In this document: positions 10,169-19,131 of the stretch, piece by piece
How positions within the stretch are numbered: position 1 is the stretch's first letter
How the letters are laid out: the number at the start of each line of letters is the position of its first letter
Source: a bacterium
GTDB lineage: Bacteria; RBG-13-61-14; DATKZS01
Assembly (NCBI GenBank): GCA_963674965.2
Contig: CAXXFL010000002.1
Location: 672,001 to 736,000, forward strand
Direction: 5' to 3'
DNA: 64,000 bases
Position numbers and translations under genes: made by a program
The notes under the pieces: generated by a model
Databases searched by the model: none
Told to the model about the DNA's origin: nothing
What the model saw: the letters and a program-made list of their open reading frames with translations, nothing else

Positions 10169-10191
10169 CGGGCCGCGTTGGCGGCGCTTTC

Positions 10192-12555
10192 CTACTTGGT
10201 TTTACTCGCCCTCTCGGCCGCGTCTATCTTTTCCAAAAGCAGCCTGGCCTTGTCGAACCCGGGATGTATAAGCAGGGACCGGTGGGCCTCGCTTCGGGCC
10301 AGGTCGAGAGCGCCCATATTGTAGTGGCAGTAAGCCATGTTGTATAAGGCGTGCGCCGAGCGGCGCTCGATCCGGAGCACTTCCATATATAGATCGACGG
10401 CTTTCACGTAACCTTGCGGGTCCTTGCCCGAGTCGGCCTTCAAGACCATGAGGTTGGCCAGGTTCATCCGCGACGACGCGTCGGCGGGATTAAGCTCGGC
10501 GGCCCGGGCAAAGGAAGCCGCCGCTCCATCCAGGTCCTTGTTGCCTAACAGGGCCACGGCGAGGTTCCCATGCGCGTCCGCCCGCTCGGGGGCCAGCCGC
10601 GTCGCTTCTTTAAAAGCCTCGGAGGCCGGTCCGAACCTTTTTCGGTCCATGTATGCCTTGCCCAGGTTGTTCCAGCCGATGAGAGAGTCGGGGTCCTCGG
10701 CGACCACCGAGCTCCAGAGCTTGATCTCGTTGCTCCAGTCGCCCACCCGCGCCACGTTAAACGACAGCATGTAGAGCGTGACCGACAAGAAGGTCATCCA
10801 GTAAAAAGATCGGCCCAGCCCGTAGGAGGACGCCCATCTTACCATCCTCACGAAAAAGAGAAGATAAAGTGCGGCCCCGCTGAAACTGTAAAAAAGAGCG
10901 TTCCCCCACTCCGCGAGGGGGGTGCCGGAGGCCATGAGAAGACTCGATCCGGCCCTCGGTCCCGGCCGGGCGTGGGCCCTGATAAAGGAATGGTAACGCT
11001 CGAGATACCCGGCGGACTCGACAAGGGGAGCGCCCAGACGGCCGTTCGCCAGCCACTCGGTCATGATGGCCGCGAGGATCAAACCGAGGCCGATGACGAT
11101 GAAAAATACCGGCAACTCGAGCCAGACCCTTCTAATCAAAGGACGGGGCCATTTGCCCGCGGAGGCCATGATGAAGAGCAAGGAGAACGGAATAGATACC
11201 AGCAGGGTCGAGATTAACAGCGCCATCGAGCGTTCCATCAAATAGGGGCCTCCCCGGGGCCATAGCACGTTGATCCGCAGGGCCAGGGGACCGAGAAGGA
11301 CGGCGAAGACGACGAGATATGTGATTATGCAAAGCGAGAGCGCGTGGGTCTTGGCGCTTATTGCCTCGCCGTTTTTATAAATCTCGTCCCAGCCGGCGGC
11401 GAGCAGAATACAAAATCCGGCGGATGGGATGTACAGATACCTCTCGGCGAAAAAGGAGTTCTGCGGTATCCAGTTCATTACGGGCAGAAGGTTGATGAAA
11501 ATCCAGCCGACCGAGAATGAAAGGACATAATTCTTTCTTAACGCGAAGGCCGCGAGAGGGAGGGAGATAAAGGTCGCCATCCCCAGCCAGGGCCAGGGCC
11601 GGCCAAAGCTGGTGAACTCGATTTTGGGGACCGGACTCTGGTGGACGGGAAAAAGGAGGAAGCGAAGATACCTGGGATAGTAAGAGAAGGCGGTGGCCAG
11701 GTTCCTCCCGAAATCCAACTCCTCGATCATGGCGCCCTTCAGCCTTCCGAAAATATTGAAGTCCCTGAGAACGGGTATGGAAAACCTCGATCCCAGGTAA
11801 AGGGCCGAAAGCGCGAGGGTCAGAAGGAGGGCGATGTAAACAAGGCCCTTCCAGGAAACGCCCCTGCCCTTTCTAAGGAACTCGTGAAAGAGAAGAAGAA
11901 GAGGGAAAACGGCCGTCACCTGCTTGGACAAGATGGCTAGAACGAAAAAGACGAAAGCAACGGCCGGCGCCAGAAGAGGCCTTTTATCCTGGAAAAGATA
12001 AGCGTGGAAAGCCAGGAGCAAAAAGGACAAAGCCATCATTTCCTTGCGATGGGCTATGCTCATGACGGCCTCGACGTGCACCGGGTGGATGGCGAATAAA
12101 AAGGACGCCATAAGGGCCAGCCGGACGTTCCGCGTAAGCCTTACGACGAAGGCGTAAAGTAATAGGGACGCGAATGTATGCCAGACAAGATTATGAACGT
12201 GGTAGCCGCGGGGATCGAGCTCGAAGAGGGCGTAGTCCACCATGTAGGAGAAGGCGCGCGCCGGTCTTCCCGACTGGAGCACGACGCCCAGGTTGCGAAA
12301 GTCCCTGATGGTGGGGTTGTTGACTATCAGCTCGTGGTCGTCGAAATTGAAATGAGCGAAGTTGGCCAGATAAAAAACGCCGAATACGCTAAAGAAGATT
12401 ACGGCCGCGGCGATAAGGTGTCTTGACCAAAGCCATGCAAAGAGCTTCCTCCCAGCCGAAGCTTCATCTTCATCAACCCGCTCGGGCGAGCCCGCCGGCG
12501 AGATATCTTTTTGTGACTTGTCCGCCTCCACCCCTTTTTCCGTTTCCAATGCCAC
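10192..12555 (-). CDS. TMTC-like (GT-C) membrane protein with C-terminal TPRs
   Basis: FDD...NP, YHVHNLVWH, LFAIHPVHVEAV, LSKQ, AERYLYIPS, W..EIKLW motifs followed by TPR repeats. Confidence 0.85.
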   Translation of the reverse strand: MALETEKGVEADKSQKDISPAGSPERVDEDEASAGRKLFAWLWSRHLIAAAVIFFSVFGVFYLANFAHFNFDDHELIVNNPTIRDFRNLGVVLQSGRPARAFSYMVDYALFELDPRGYHVHNLVWHTFASLLLYAFVVRLTRNVRLALMASFLFAIHPVHVEAVMSIAHRKEMMALSFLLLAFHAYLFQDKRPLLAPAVAFVFFVLAILSKQVTAVFPLLLLFHEFLRKGRGVSWKGLVYIALLLTLALSALYLGSRFSIPVLRDFNIFGRLKGAMIEELDFGRNLATAFSYYPRYLRFLLFPVHQSPVPKIEFTSFGRPWPWLGMATFISLPLAAFALRKNYVLSFSVGWIFINLLPVMNWIPQNSFFAERYLYIPSAGFCILLAAGWDEIYKNGEAISAKTHALSLCIITYLVVFAVLLGPLALRINVLWPRGGPYLMERSMALLISTLLVSIPFSLLFIMASAGKWPRPLIRRVWLELPVFFIVIGLGLILAAIMTEWLANGRLGAPLVESAGYLERYHSFIRAHARPGPRAGSSLLMASGTPLAEWGNALFYSFSGAALYLLFFVRMVRWASSYGLGRSFYWMTFLSVTLYMLSFNVARVGDWSNEIKLWSSVVAEDPDSLIGWNNLGKAYMDRKRFGPASEAFKEATRLAPERADAHGNLAVALLGNKDLDGAAASFARAAELNPADASSRMNLANLMVLKADSGKDPQGYVKAVDLYMEVLRIERRSAHALYNMAYCHYNMGALDLARSEAHRSLLIHPGFDKARLLLEKIDAAERASKTK

Positions 12556-12673
12556 TTCCCGAGGAAAACTTTTATAACGGATGATTCAATAATATATCCG
12601 AAGCGTCGGAATTAGCCTGTTTCGATCCTTCGCCGGATAGGGTCTTCCGTTTCTTGACGAAATGATCTAATGA

Positions 12674-12835
12674 TCAAAAAATTGTATAAATAAACGGCAT
12701 TATCGTAGTCGTGCTCTCGGTGAGTACGATCACCACCACCAGGAGGAGCAAAACGATTATGATGGGGGCCATCCACCATACTTTCTCCTCCTTGATGAAC
12801 TGCCAAAATTCCTTTAGTATCCCAAGCTTAGCCAT
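12674..12835 (-). CDS. DUF5989-like microprotein (53 aa; absent from the ORF track)
   Basis: Hand translation: MAKLGILKEFWQFIKEEKVWWMAPIIIVLLLLVVVIVLTESTTTIMPFIYTIF. GGAGG RBS; the WWxxP...PFIYTxF pattern is characteristic of the family. Confidence 0.88.
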   Translation of the reverse strand: MAKLGILKEFWQFIKEEKVWWMAPIIIVLLLLVVVIVLTESTTTIMPFIYTIF

Positions 12836-12876
12836 TATCCCCTCCACGCGTTAGCCGCCGCGAGCGGCGTGTCTTA

Positions 12877-13608
12877 CTAATCTTTACCCGGCCTTCGAGC
12901 CACGCAGGCCAGCGTCGTTCCAAAGGGAAGCGTGAAACGCTCGATATACCGAACTTCCAGTTCGACAACCAAAAGCAAAAACTTGTTCAAAAACCGGGGC
13001 CATTCGTAACTGATGGTCTCCGACCGGTTGCCGGCAAATTTTTGCAAAACCCTCACCGGCAGCATGGCCGGAAATAAAAATCCCATGAAATGAGTAAGCT
13101 TTATAATCTCAAATCCGGCGTCCGAAAGCAATCTTTTAAAATCTTCCCGTCCGTATCGTCTCACGTGTCCCATGGCCTCGTCATGGGCGCTCCATAAAAA
13201 AGGATGGGCCGGTACCGTGGCCAGGAGTATGCCCCCCGGCTTCAGGGTCCGGAAGATTTCCCGGGCGGCGGCCGCGTCGTCCGGCACGTGCTCGAATATA
13301 TCCAGGGCCGAGGCCCCGTCAAAGCTTTTATCCCGGAAAGGGATACTCTCCGCCGGGCTTCTGACCAGCGACCTTACCCCCCGGGCCGCGCAAAACCCCA
13401 CCGCCTCGGCGCTGGGGTCCACGCCCATCCATCGGCCCCGTCCGCGGACGCGATCCAGGTTGGCTCCCGTGCCGCAGCCCACGTCGAAATACTCTCCCGC
13501 CTCGGGCAGCCATTTTCCGACCCACGAGTTTATCAGCGCTCCCTTCCCGGCGAACCACCAGAAGGCGGTCTCGGCCCGGTACATCTTCTCGTACTCGGAA
13601 GCCTTCAA
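12877..13608 (-). CDS. Class I SAM-dependent methyltransferase
   Basis: E..FWWF, DVGCGTG, LDIFEH, LKPGG, TVPA..LWSAHD..GHVRRY; TTG start overlaps the upstream stop. Confidence 0.9.
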   Translation of the reverse strand: MKASEYEKMYRAETAFWWFAGKGALINSWVGKWLPEAGEYFDVGCGTGANLDRVRGRGRWMGVDPSAEAVGFCAARGVRSLVRSPAESIPFRDKSFDGASALDIFEHVPDDAAAAREIFRTLKPGGILLATVPAHPFLWSAHDEAMGHVRRYGREDFKRLLSDAGFEIIKLTHFMGFLFPAMLPVRVLQKFAGNRSETISYEWPRFLNKFLLLVVELEVRYIERFTLPFGTTLACVARRPGKD

Positions 13609-14972
13609 AAGACCCGCCTTATTTTGCTCCAGAGTTTTTGGAGGCCCCCGGGGGTAAAAAGGGCGGCCAGTTGTCCCACCAGTCTCATGGGCCTCATGTA
13701 AAATCCCAGGTAGGCCGCCTTTTGAATCCTTAGCAGCCGTCTTTCATCCAGACCGGCGCCGGGCTTGAAGGAATATCTTTTGTAATAGTCCATGTCCTCG
13801 GGACAAAGCTCGACGGCGCCCGAGTGTTTCTCGAACAGGTAGGTGCCCGGCAGAGGCGTGGTCAGGTTGAAGGTCGCGTCGTCTATGGGCAGCCGCCAGG
13901 CGTATTTCACCGTGTCCCACGCGTCGGATGGGGTCTCGCCGGGCGCGCCGAGCATGAAGTATCCCTGAGTCCCGATCCCGAGGGCCTTGGCCGCCCCGAC
14001 CGCCCGCTCGACGTGCTCGCGCGTAAGCCGCTTGTTGAAAATCTCCCGGCGGTTCTCGTCGCTGTAAACCTCGATGCCCACGTAAATCTTGGCCAGGCCC
14101 GCCTCCTTCATCCTGCGCAGCATGTCCTCGTCGACCAGGTCCGCCCGTACGTTGCACCCCCAGCCGTATCCCAGGCCGCGGCTTAATATCTCGTCGCAAA
14201 AGCTCATCACCCACTTGCGGTCGGCGATAAAGGTGTCGTCGGAAAAAAGGAACCCCGATATGCCGAACTGGGAGCCTCGCAGCTCGAGCTCGTCCACCAC
14301 GTTGGCGGCGGAGCGCTTCCTTACTCCCTTGCCGAAGAGCTTGTCGAGGGTGGGCTGGCAATAGGCGCACTTGAACGGACATCCCCTGGTGGCCAGCACC
14401 GAGGTGCCCCGGAGGCCGGGCTTGACCGAGTCGAGTTGAAACCAGTGGTTGAAATATTCCTCCATGTCCAGGAGATCGAGAGCGGGAAAGGCGAGTTGGT
14501 CCAGGTCGCCGATCGGCTTGCGATGCTCTCCCTTTACCCCGCCTCCATCCCTGAAGAAAATCCCCGGCACTTCCCTTATATCCTTGGCTTCCAGAAGCTC
14601 GACGAAGGTCTCCTCGCCCTCCCCCACGCAGACCGCGTCCACGGCCTCCTCGGCGAGGACAAGATCGGGCAAGGTCGTGGGGTGAGGACCGCCCACTATC
14701 ACCTTGCAGCCGGGATTGGTCCGCTTGGCCTCCCGAGCGGCATGGGTCGCCTCCCGGGCCATGGTCACCATGGCGGAAATGCCCACCAGGTCGAAGCGCT
14801 CCTTTTCCAGTTCCCGCTTGACGAGCCCGGCCGGGTCGGCGGCGAAGGTCGTATCGATAATGACGGGGGCCTCGCCCGTAGCCTTGCGCATGGCCGCCGC
14901 CAGGTAAGCCACGCCCAGTGGCGGGTCTCCAGTGGGGTATTTGGCGCGGGGAAAAACCAGGGCTACTCTCAT
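13605..14972 (-). CDS. B12-binding domain radical SAM protein
   Basis: PPLGVAYLAA, GGPHPT, GEGE, TRGCPFKCAYC, FMLGAPGET; ATGA overlap with the GT2 gene. Confidence 0.92.
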   Translation of the reverse strand: MRVALVFPRAKYPTGDPPLGVAYLAAAMRKATGEAPVIIDTTFAADPAGLVKRELEKERFDLVGISAMVTMAREATHAAREAKRTNPGCKVIVGGPHPTTLPDLVLAEEAVDAVCVGEGEETFVELLEAKDIREVPGIFFRDGGGVKGEHRKPIGDLDQLAFPALDLLDMEEYFNHWFQLDSVKPGLRGTSVLATRGCPFKCAYCQPTLDKLFGKGVRKRSAANVVDELELRGSQFGISGFLFSDDTFIADRKWVMSFCDEILSRGLGYGWGCNVRADLVDEDMLRRMKEAGLAKIYVGIEVYSDENRREIFNKRLTREHVERAVGAAKALGIGTQGYFMLGAPGETPSDAWDTVKYAWRLPIDDATFNLTTPLPGTYLFEKHSGAVELCPEDMDYYKRYSFKPGAGLDERRLLRIQKAAYLGFYMRPMRLVGQLAALFTPGGLQKLWSKIRRVF

Positions 14973-15718
14973 CGAGCCCTTTCCCTTTTCGGCATGGCCC
15001 GGACGTTTCTCCAGATACGGAAAAGCTCGGCGAGCACCCAGGGCCAGTCGCGCCATACTTTCACCCGGCTGTCCGGGTCGTCATGCCAGATGACGGGGAC
15101 CTCCTCCACCTTGTAGCCCAGGGCGCGGGCCTTGAGGAGTATCTCGATATCGAAACAATAGCCCCTGGATTTCAAGTCGGAGAAAAGCTCGCGGGCCGCG
15201 TCTCCCCTGAAGCCCTTGAATCCGCACTGGCTGTCCACCACCCCCACGGGAAAGAAGCGCCTGACCATCCACCCGAAAAGCAGGCCCAGGCCCAGCCGGA
15301 CCGGCGGCTGGTAGCGCTCGATAAGAGAACCGGGAGCCTGGCGGCTTCCCACCGCCACGTCGGCCCCCTCCTCCAGCGCCGCGGCCAGGCGGCCCCATTC
15401 GGTGACGGGGGTGGAAAGGTCCGCGTCGGTCATGAGCACCCTGGCGCCGGTGGATTCCATGATCCCGCGGGCCACGGCCGCGCCCTTTCCGCGGTGGGGG
15501 ATGGAGACGACCCTTACCCGGGGGGCCGGCGAACTTTCCGATCTTCTTTCCACCCAGTCCCGCGCTAAAGATACGGTGCGGTCGGTCGAGCCGTCGTCGG
15601 CCACGACGATCTCCCAGTCGAGGCCGGAGGCGTCGAAAAAACCCGCCAGGGCCTCGAGGGTCCCCTCGATATTCTTCTCCTCGTTATAAGCGGGCACGAT
15701 GGCCGAGACGTCAAGCAT
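14969..15718 (-). CDS. GT2 glycosyltransferase, dolichyl/polyprenyl-phosphate glycosyltransferase-like
   Basis: VPAYNEE, DDGSTDRT, GKGAAV, DADLS, DSQCGFK, FDIEIL. Confidence 0.92.
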   Translation of the reverse strand: MLDVSAIVPAYNEEKNIEGTLEALAGFFDASGLDWEIVVADDGSTDRTVSLARDWVERRSESSPAPRVRVVSIPHRGKGAAVARGIMESTGARVLMTDADLSTPVTEWGRLAAALEEGADVAVGSRQAPGSLIERYQPPVRLGLGLLFGWMVRRFFPVGVVDSQCGFKGFRGDAARELFSDLKSRGYCFDIEILLKARALGYKVEEVPVIWHDDPDSRVKVWRDWPWVLAELFRIWRNVRAMPKRERAR

Positions 15719-15961
15719 GGGAATATATTATATACATTACTCCCGGGATTTCTCCAACCGCCCGTTGCCGAATGCCTTATATTTAAAGAATTAATCCTTA
15801 AATCCGCCGCGGCCGAGGCGTTGGTTTGACGTTTTCCGGCATCGGCCATACAATAAAAATTCCGTTCAAAAGCCGATATCGAGTCCGTCTTCGGTGTGGA
15901 CGAAACGATATTGGCCAAGAGATAAATCCCCCGCGGGTAAAATATTATATCGGGAGAAGTC

Positions 15962-16168
15962 ATGGATAAAACCAGGATTTACGGCGGTCTTATAGCGATC
16001 GGAACTATCGTTTTGGCGCTTCTTTTCATAGTGGGAGTATTCAACCACAGCTACGTGGCCCTGGCCATCCCGGTCACGGTGGTCACGCTGACCCTTTTAG
16101 GTCTCGTCTTTTGGATCGGTTACACCATCTGGAGCATCAAGGTCGAGCCGCCCAGGGATGAGGAATAG
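15962..16168 (+). CDS. Small two-TM membrane protein
   Basis: GGAG RBS, two hydrophobic helices, first gene of a co-oriented run. Confidence 0.75.
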   Translation: MDKTRIYGGLIAIGTIVLALLFIVGVFNHSYVALAIPVTVVTLTLLGLVFWIGYTIWSIKVEPPRDEE

Positions 16169-16191
16169 GCCCGGCTTTCAGGTAACCTCAG

Positions 16192-17442
16192 ATGAAGGTA
16201 TGCGTAACCAGCTACCGCGGCAACATGTACAGCGGCGGGCAAGGGATATATCTTTATTATCTTACCCGCGAGCTGGCCAAACTGGGCCACGAGATCACCG
16301 TCCTAGTCGGACCTCCCTACCCCGCGGAAATGCCATGGGCCAGGGTCGTCAAGATTCCCAACGAGAATTTCTACGGGGTTAAAACCGACTGGCTGCCAAG
16401 GCCCGACCCCTTCAAAATTTTCGAGCCTCTCAACCTTTTCGAGTTCGTGGCCACCAGGCTGTGGATGTTCCCCGAGATGCTGGCCTTTTCCCTGCGGGCC
16501 TACGCCAGGCTCATCGAGCTTAACCGGGCGGGCGAGCGTTTCGACCTCATCCATGACAACCAGTGCCTCGGGTGGGGCCATGTTCTCATGAAGGCCTTCG
16601 GCGTCCCGGTCATCGCCAGTATACACCATCCCCTGGGCATGGATCGGGAGGCCGACTTCGAGCAGGCCTCCAGCCTGGGCGAGAGGGCCAGGCGAGTGGC
16701 CTTCTACCCATTTTTTATGCAGCCCGCGGTGGCCAGGAGGATGGACCTTTGGATTTCGGGATCGAAAGACTCGGCCGAGGCGGTGGCCGATAAATTCAGC
16801 CTCTCCCGCGAGAAGATGCGCGTCATTTACGACGGGGTGGACGAGAACGTTTACAAGCCAAGGGATGGGGTCGAGAAGGTACCGCGCCGCCTGATCTTCG
16901 TGGGCAACACCGAGGACAGGAAGAAGGGCATCCTTTACCTTATGCAGGCCATGTCCATGCTGCCCGAGGACGTGACCCTCATGATCGTGGACGGATGCTC
17001 GAAATGGAAATTCTTCGCCGGGGAGCTGATGGGCCGCTACAACCTGCACGGCCGGGTCGAGTTCCTGGCCCGCGTTCCCTCCGAGACCCTGGCCGAGGAG
17101 TACAGGAAGTCGGAGATAGCCGTGGTCCCCTCTGTCTACGAGGGCTTCGGCCTTCCCGCGGCCGAGGCCATGGCCTGCGGGGTCCCGGTGGTGAGCTCCG
17201 ACGGCGGGGCACTTCCCGAGGTGGTGGGACGAAATGGAGACGGGATCATAGTCCCGGCCAAGAACTCCGAGGCCCTGGCCGGCGCGATAAAGAAGCTTCT
17301 CGACGCCCCCAGGCTCAGGGAGGAACTGGGCGCGCGCGGCAATCGCCGGGCCATGGAGATGTTCACCTGGCGCCAGATGGCCATGGGAACGGCCGAGGTG
17401 TATGAAGAAGCCATCGAGATGAAACGCCATGCTCACCGTTGA
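16192..17442 (+). CDS. GT4 glycosyltransferase
   Basis: SYRG...GGQG, HDNQCLG, IHHP, RKKG, PSVYEGFGLPAAEAMACG. Confidence 0.93.
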   Translation: MKVCVTSYRGNMYSGGQGIYLYYLTRELAKLGHEITVLVGPPYPAEMPWARVVKIPNENFYGVKTDWLPRPDPFKIFEPLNLFEFVATRLWMFPEMLAFSLRAYARLIELNRAGERFDLIHDNQCLGWGHVLMKAFGVPVIASIHHPLGMDREADFEQASSLGERARRVAFYPFFMQPAVARRMDLWISGSKDSAEAVADKFSLSREKMRVIYDGVDENVYKPRDGVEKVPRRLIFVGNTEDRKKGILYLMQAMSMLPEDVTLMIVDGCSKWKFFAGELMGRYNLHGRVEFLARVPSETLAEEYRKSEIAVVPSVYEGFGLPAAEAMACGVPVVSSDGGALPEVVGRNGDGIIVPAKNSEALAGAIKKLLDAPRLREELGARGNRRAMEMFTWRQMAMGTAEVYEEAIEMKRHAHR

Positions 17443-18130
17443 CTTCGACCTCCTGGACGTAAGGCCCGGCCTGGATTTTCTCGACGCCGGATGCGGCGGG
17501 GGCCGGCACGCCTTCGAGGCCTACAGGAGGGGCGCGAGGGTCGTGGCCATGGACTACGACCTGGCGGAATGCAAAAAGGTGGTATACTCCTTTTCCTCGG
17601 CAAGCAGGGGAAGCGACGTTTTGGGAGAGTGGCGCATGGTCCATGGCGACGTGATCCTCCATCCCTTTAAGGACGAGAGCTTCGACCGCGTCATTTGCGC
17701 CGAGGTATGCGAGCATCTGCATGAGGACCTCCGGACCTTGAAGGGGCTTACGAGACTTTTAAAAAGCGGGGGCAGGATGGCCATTACCGTGCCCACTACT
17801 TTCAGCGAGGCCATATACGGGGTGATCGAACCTTTTTACTTCGAAAACCCCGGCGGTCACGTGAGGATTTTCACGCCCTGGGAACTGGCCGCCAAAATTA
17901 GGGCCGCCGGCCTCAAAATATACGCCATCCGGCACGCCCACGGGTTCCATACCCCCTATTGGCTGCTGCGGTGCATCTTCGGCCTGGAGGACGAGGGGCA
18001 TCCCATATCCTCGTCCTATAAGAAGTTTCTGGACATGGCCATCATGAGCCCGTTCATGACCAGGTTCGAGAGAAAGGTAATGGACAAGATTTGTCCCAAG
18101 AGCATAATATTTTACGCCTGGAAGCCCTAA
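17429..18130 (+). CDS. Class I SAM-dependent methyltransferase
   Basis: [38 protein letters not shown]; overlaps the GT4 gene. Confidence 0.9.
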   Translation: MLTVDFDLLDVRPGLDFLDAGCGGGRHAFEAYRRGARVVAMDYDLAECKKVVYSFSSASRGSDVLGEWRMVHGDVILHPFKDESFDRVICAEVCEHLHEDLRTLKGLTRLLKSGGRMAITVPTTFSEAIYGVIEPFYFENPGGHVRIFTPWELAAKIRAAGLKIYAIRHAHGFHTPYWLLRCIFGLEDEGHPISSSYKKFLDMAIMSPFMTRFERKVMDKICPKSIIFYAWKP

Positions 18131-18168
18131 GGCCGGGCGTTCCGAGATATCTTTCACGGGAGGATGAG

Positions 18169-19068
18169 ATGCGCGACTTTAAAAACGGCAAAAAAGGAAA
18201 CGTGCTAGTACTGGGCCTTCCAAAGGGAAGCCTGCAGGAGAGCACCTTCAGCCTTTTCAAGAAGGCCGGCTGGTCCATACGGGTTGGAGAGAGGGCCCTT
18301 ACCCCATCGGTGGACGACCCCGAGATAAGCTGTCTTCTCATCCGGGCCCAGGAGATGGCGGGCTACGTCGAGAAAGGCGTCCTGGACGCGGGCCTGACCG
18401 GGCGCGACTGGGTGGTCGAGCAGGGGGCGAAGGTCAAGGAGATATGCTCGCTCACCTACTCGAAGTCCAGCTTCAGAAAAGTCCGGTGGGTGGTGGCGGT
18501 GCCCGAGGAAAGCGATATCAAGACGGTCAAGGACCTGGACGGCAAAAGGATAGCCACCGAGGCCGTGAACATGACGAAGCGTTTTCTCAAGACCAAGGGA
18601 ATCAAGGCCGAGGTCGAGTTCAGTTGGGGGGCCACCGAGATCAAGCCCCCCGTGCTGGCCGACGCCATCGTCGAGCTGACCGAGACGGGGTCGTCCCTTC
18701 GGGCGAACAACCTTAAGATCATCGACACGGTGATGGAAAGCGAGACGGTGCTGGTGGCCAACCGGTCGGCCTTCAGGGACGACTGGAAGCGGGACAAGAT
18801 CGAGACCATGGCCCTCATGCTGCAGGGCGCTCTCGAGGCCGAGCACAAGGTCGGTCTCAAGATGAACGTGCCCATGGCCAGGTCCAGGGAGATTCTCGAT
18901 CTTCTTCCGGCCATGAAGACGCCCACCATCTCGAACCTGACCGACCCGAACTGGCAGGCCGTCGAGGTTGTCATAGACGAAAAGGACGTGAGAAGGCTTA
19001 TACCCGAGCTGAAAAAAGCCGGGGCCACGGGAATTATCGAGTACGCGCTTAATAAAGTAATTCCATAA
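18169..19068 (+). CDS. hisG: ATP phosphoribosyltransferase (long form)
   Basis: [38 protein letters not shown] and a C-terminal regulatory domain ([13 protein letters not shown]). Confidence 0.96.
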   Translation: MRDFKNGKKGNVLVLGLPKGSLQESTFSLFKKAGWSIRVGERALTPSVDDPEISCLLIRAQEMAGYVEKGVLDAGLTGRDWVVEQGAKVKEICSLTYSKSSFRKVRWVVAVPEESDIKTVKDLDGKRIATEAVNMTKRFLKTKGIKAEVEFSWGATEIKPPVLADAIVELTETGSSLRANNLKIIDTVMESETVLVANRSAFRDDWKRDKIETMALMLQGALEAEHKVGLKMNVPMARSREILDLLPAMKTPTISNLTDPNWQAVEVVIDEKDVRRLIPELKKAGATGIIEYALNKVIP

Positions 19069-19131
19069 GGCAAGGGCCCGCGAGCGGGCCGCCAGGACGG
19101 CGGCGTATATTTCCCGCGCCGCCGGGGGAGG

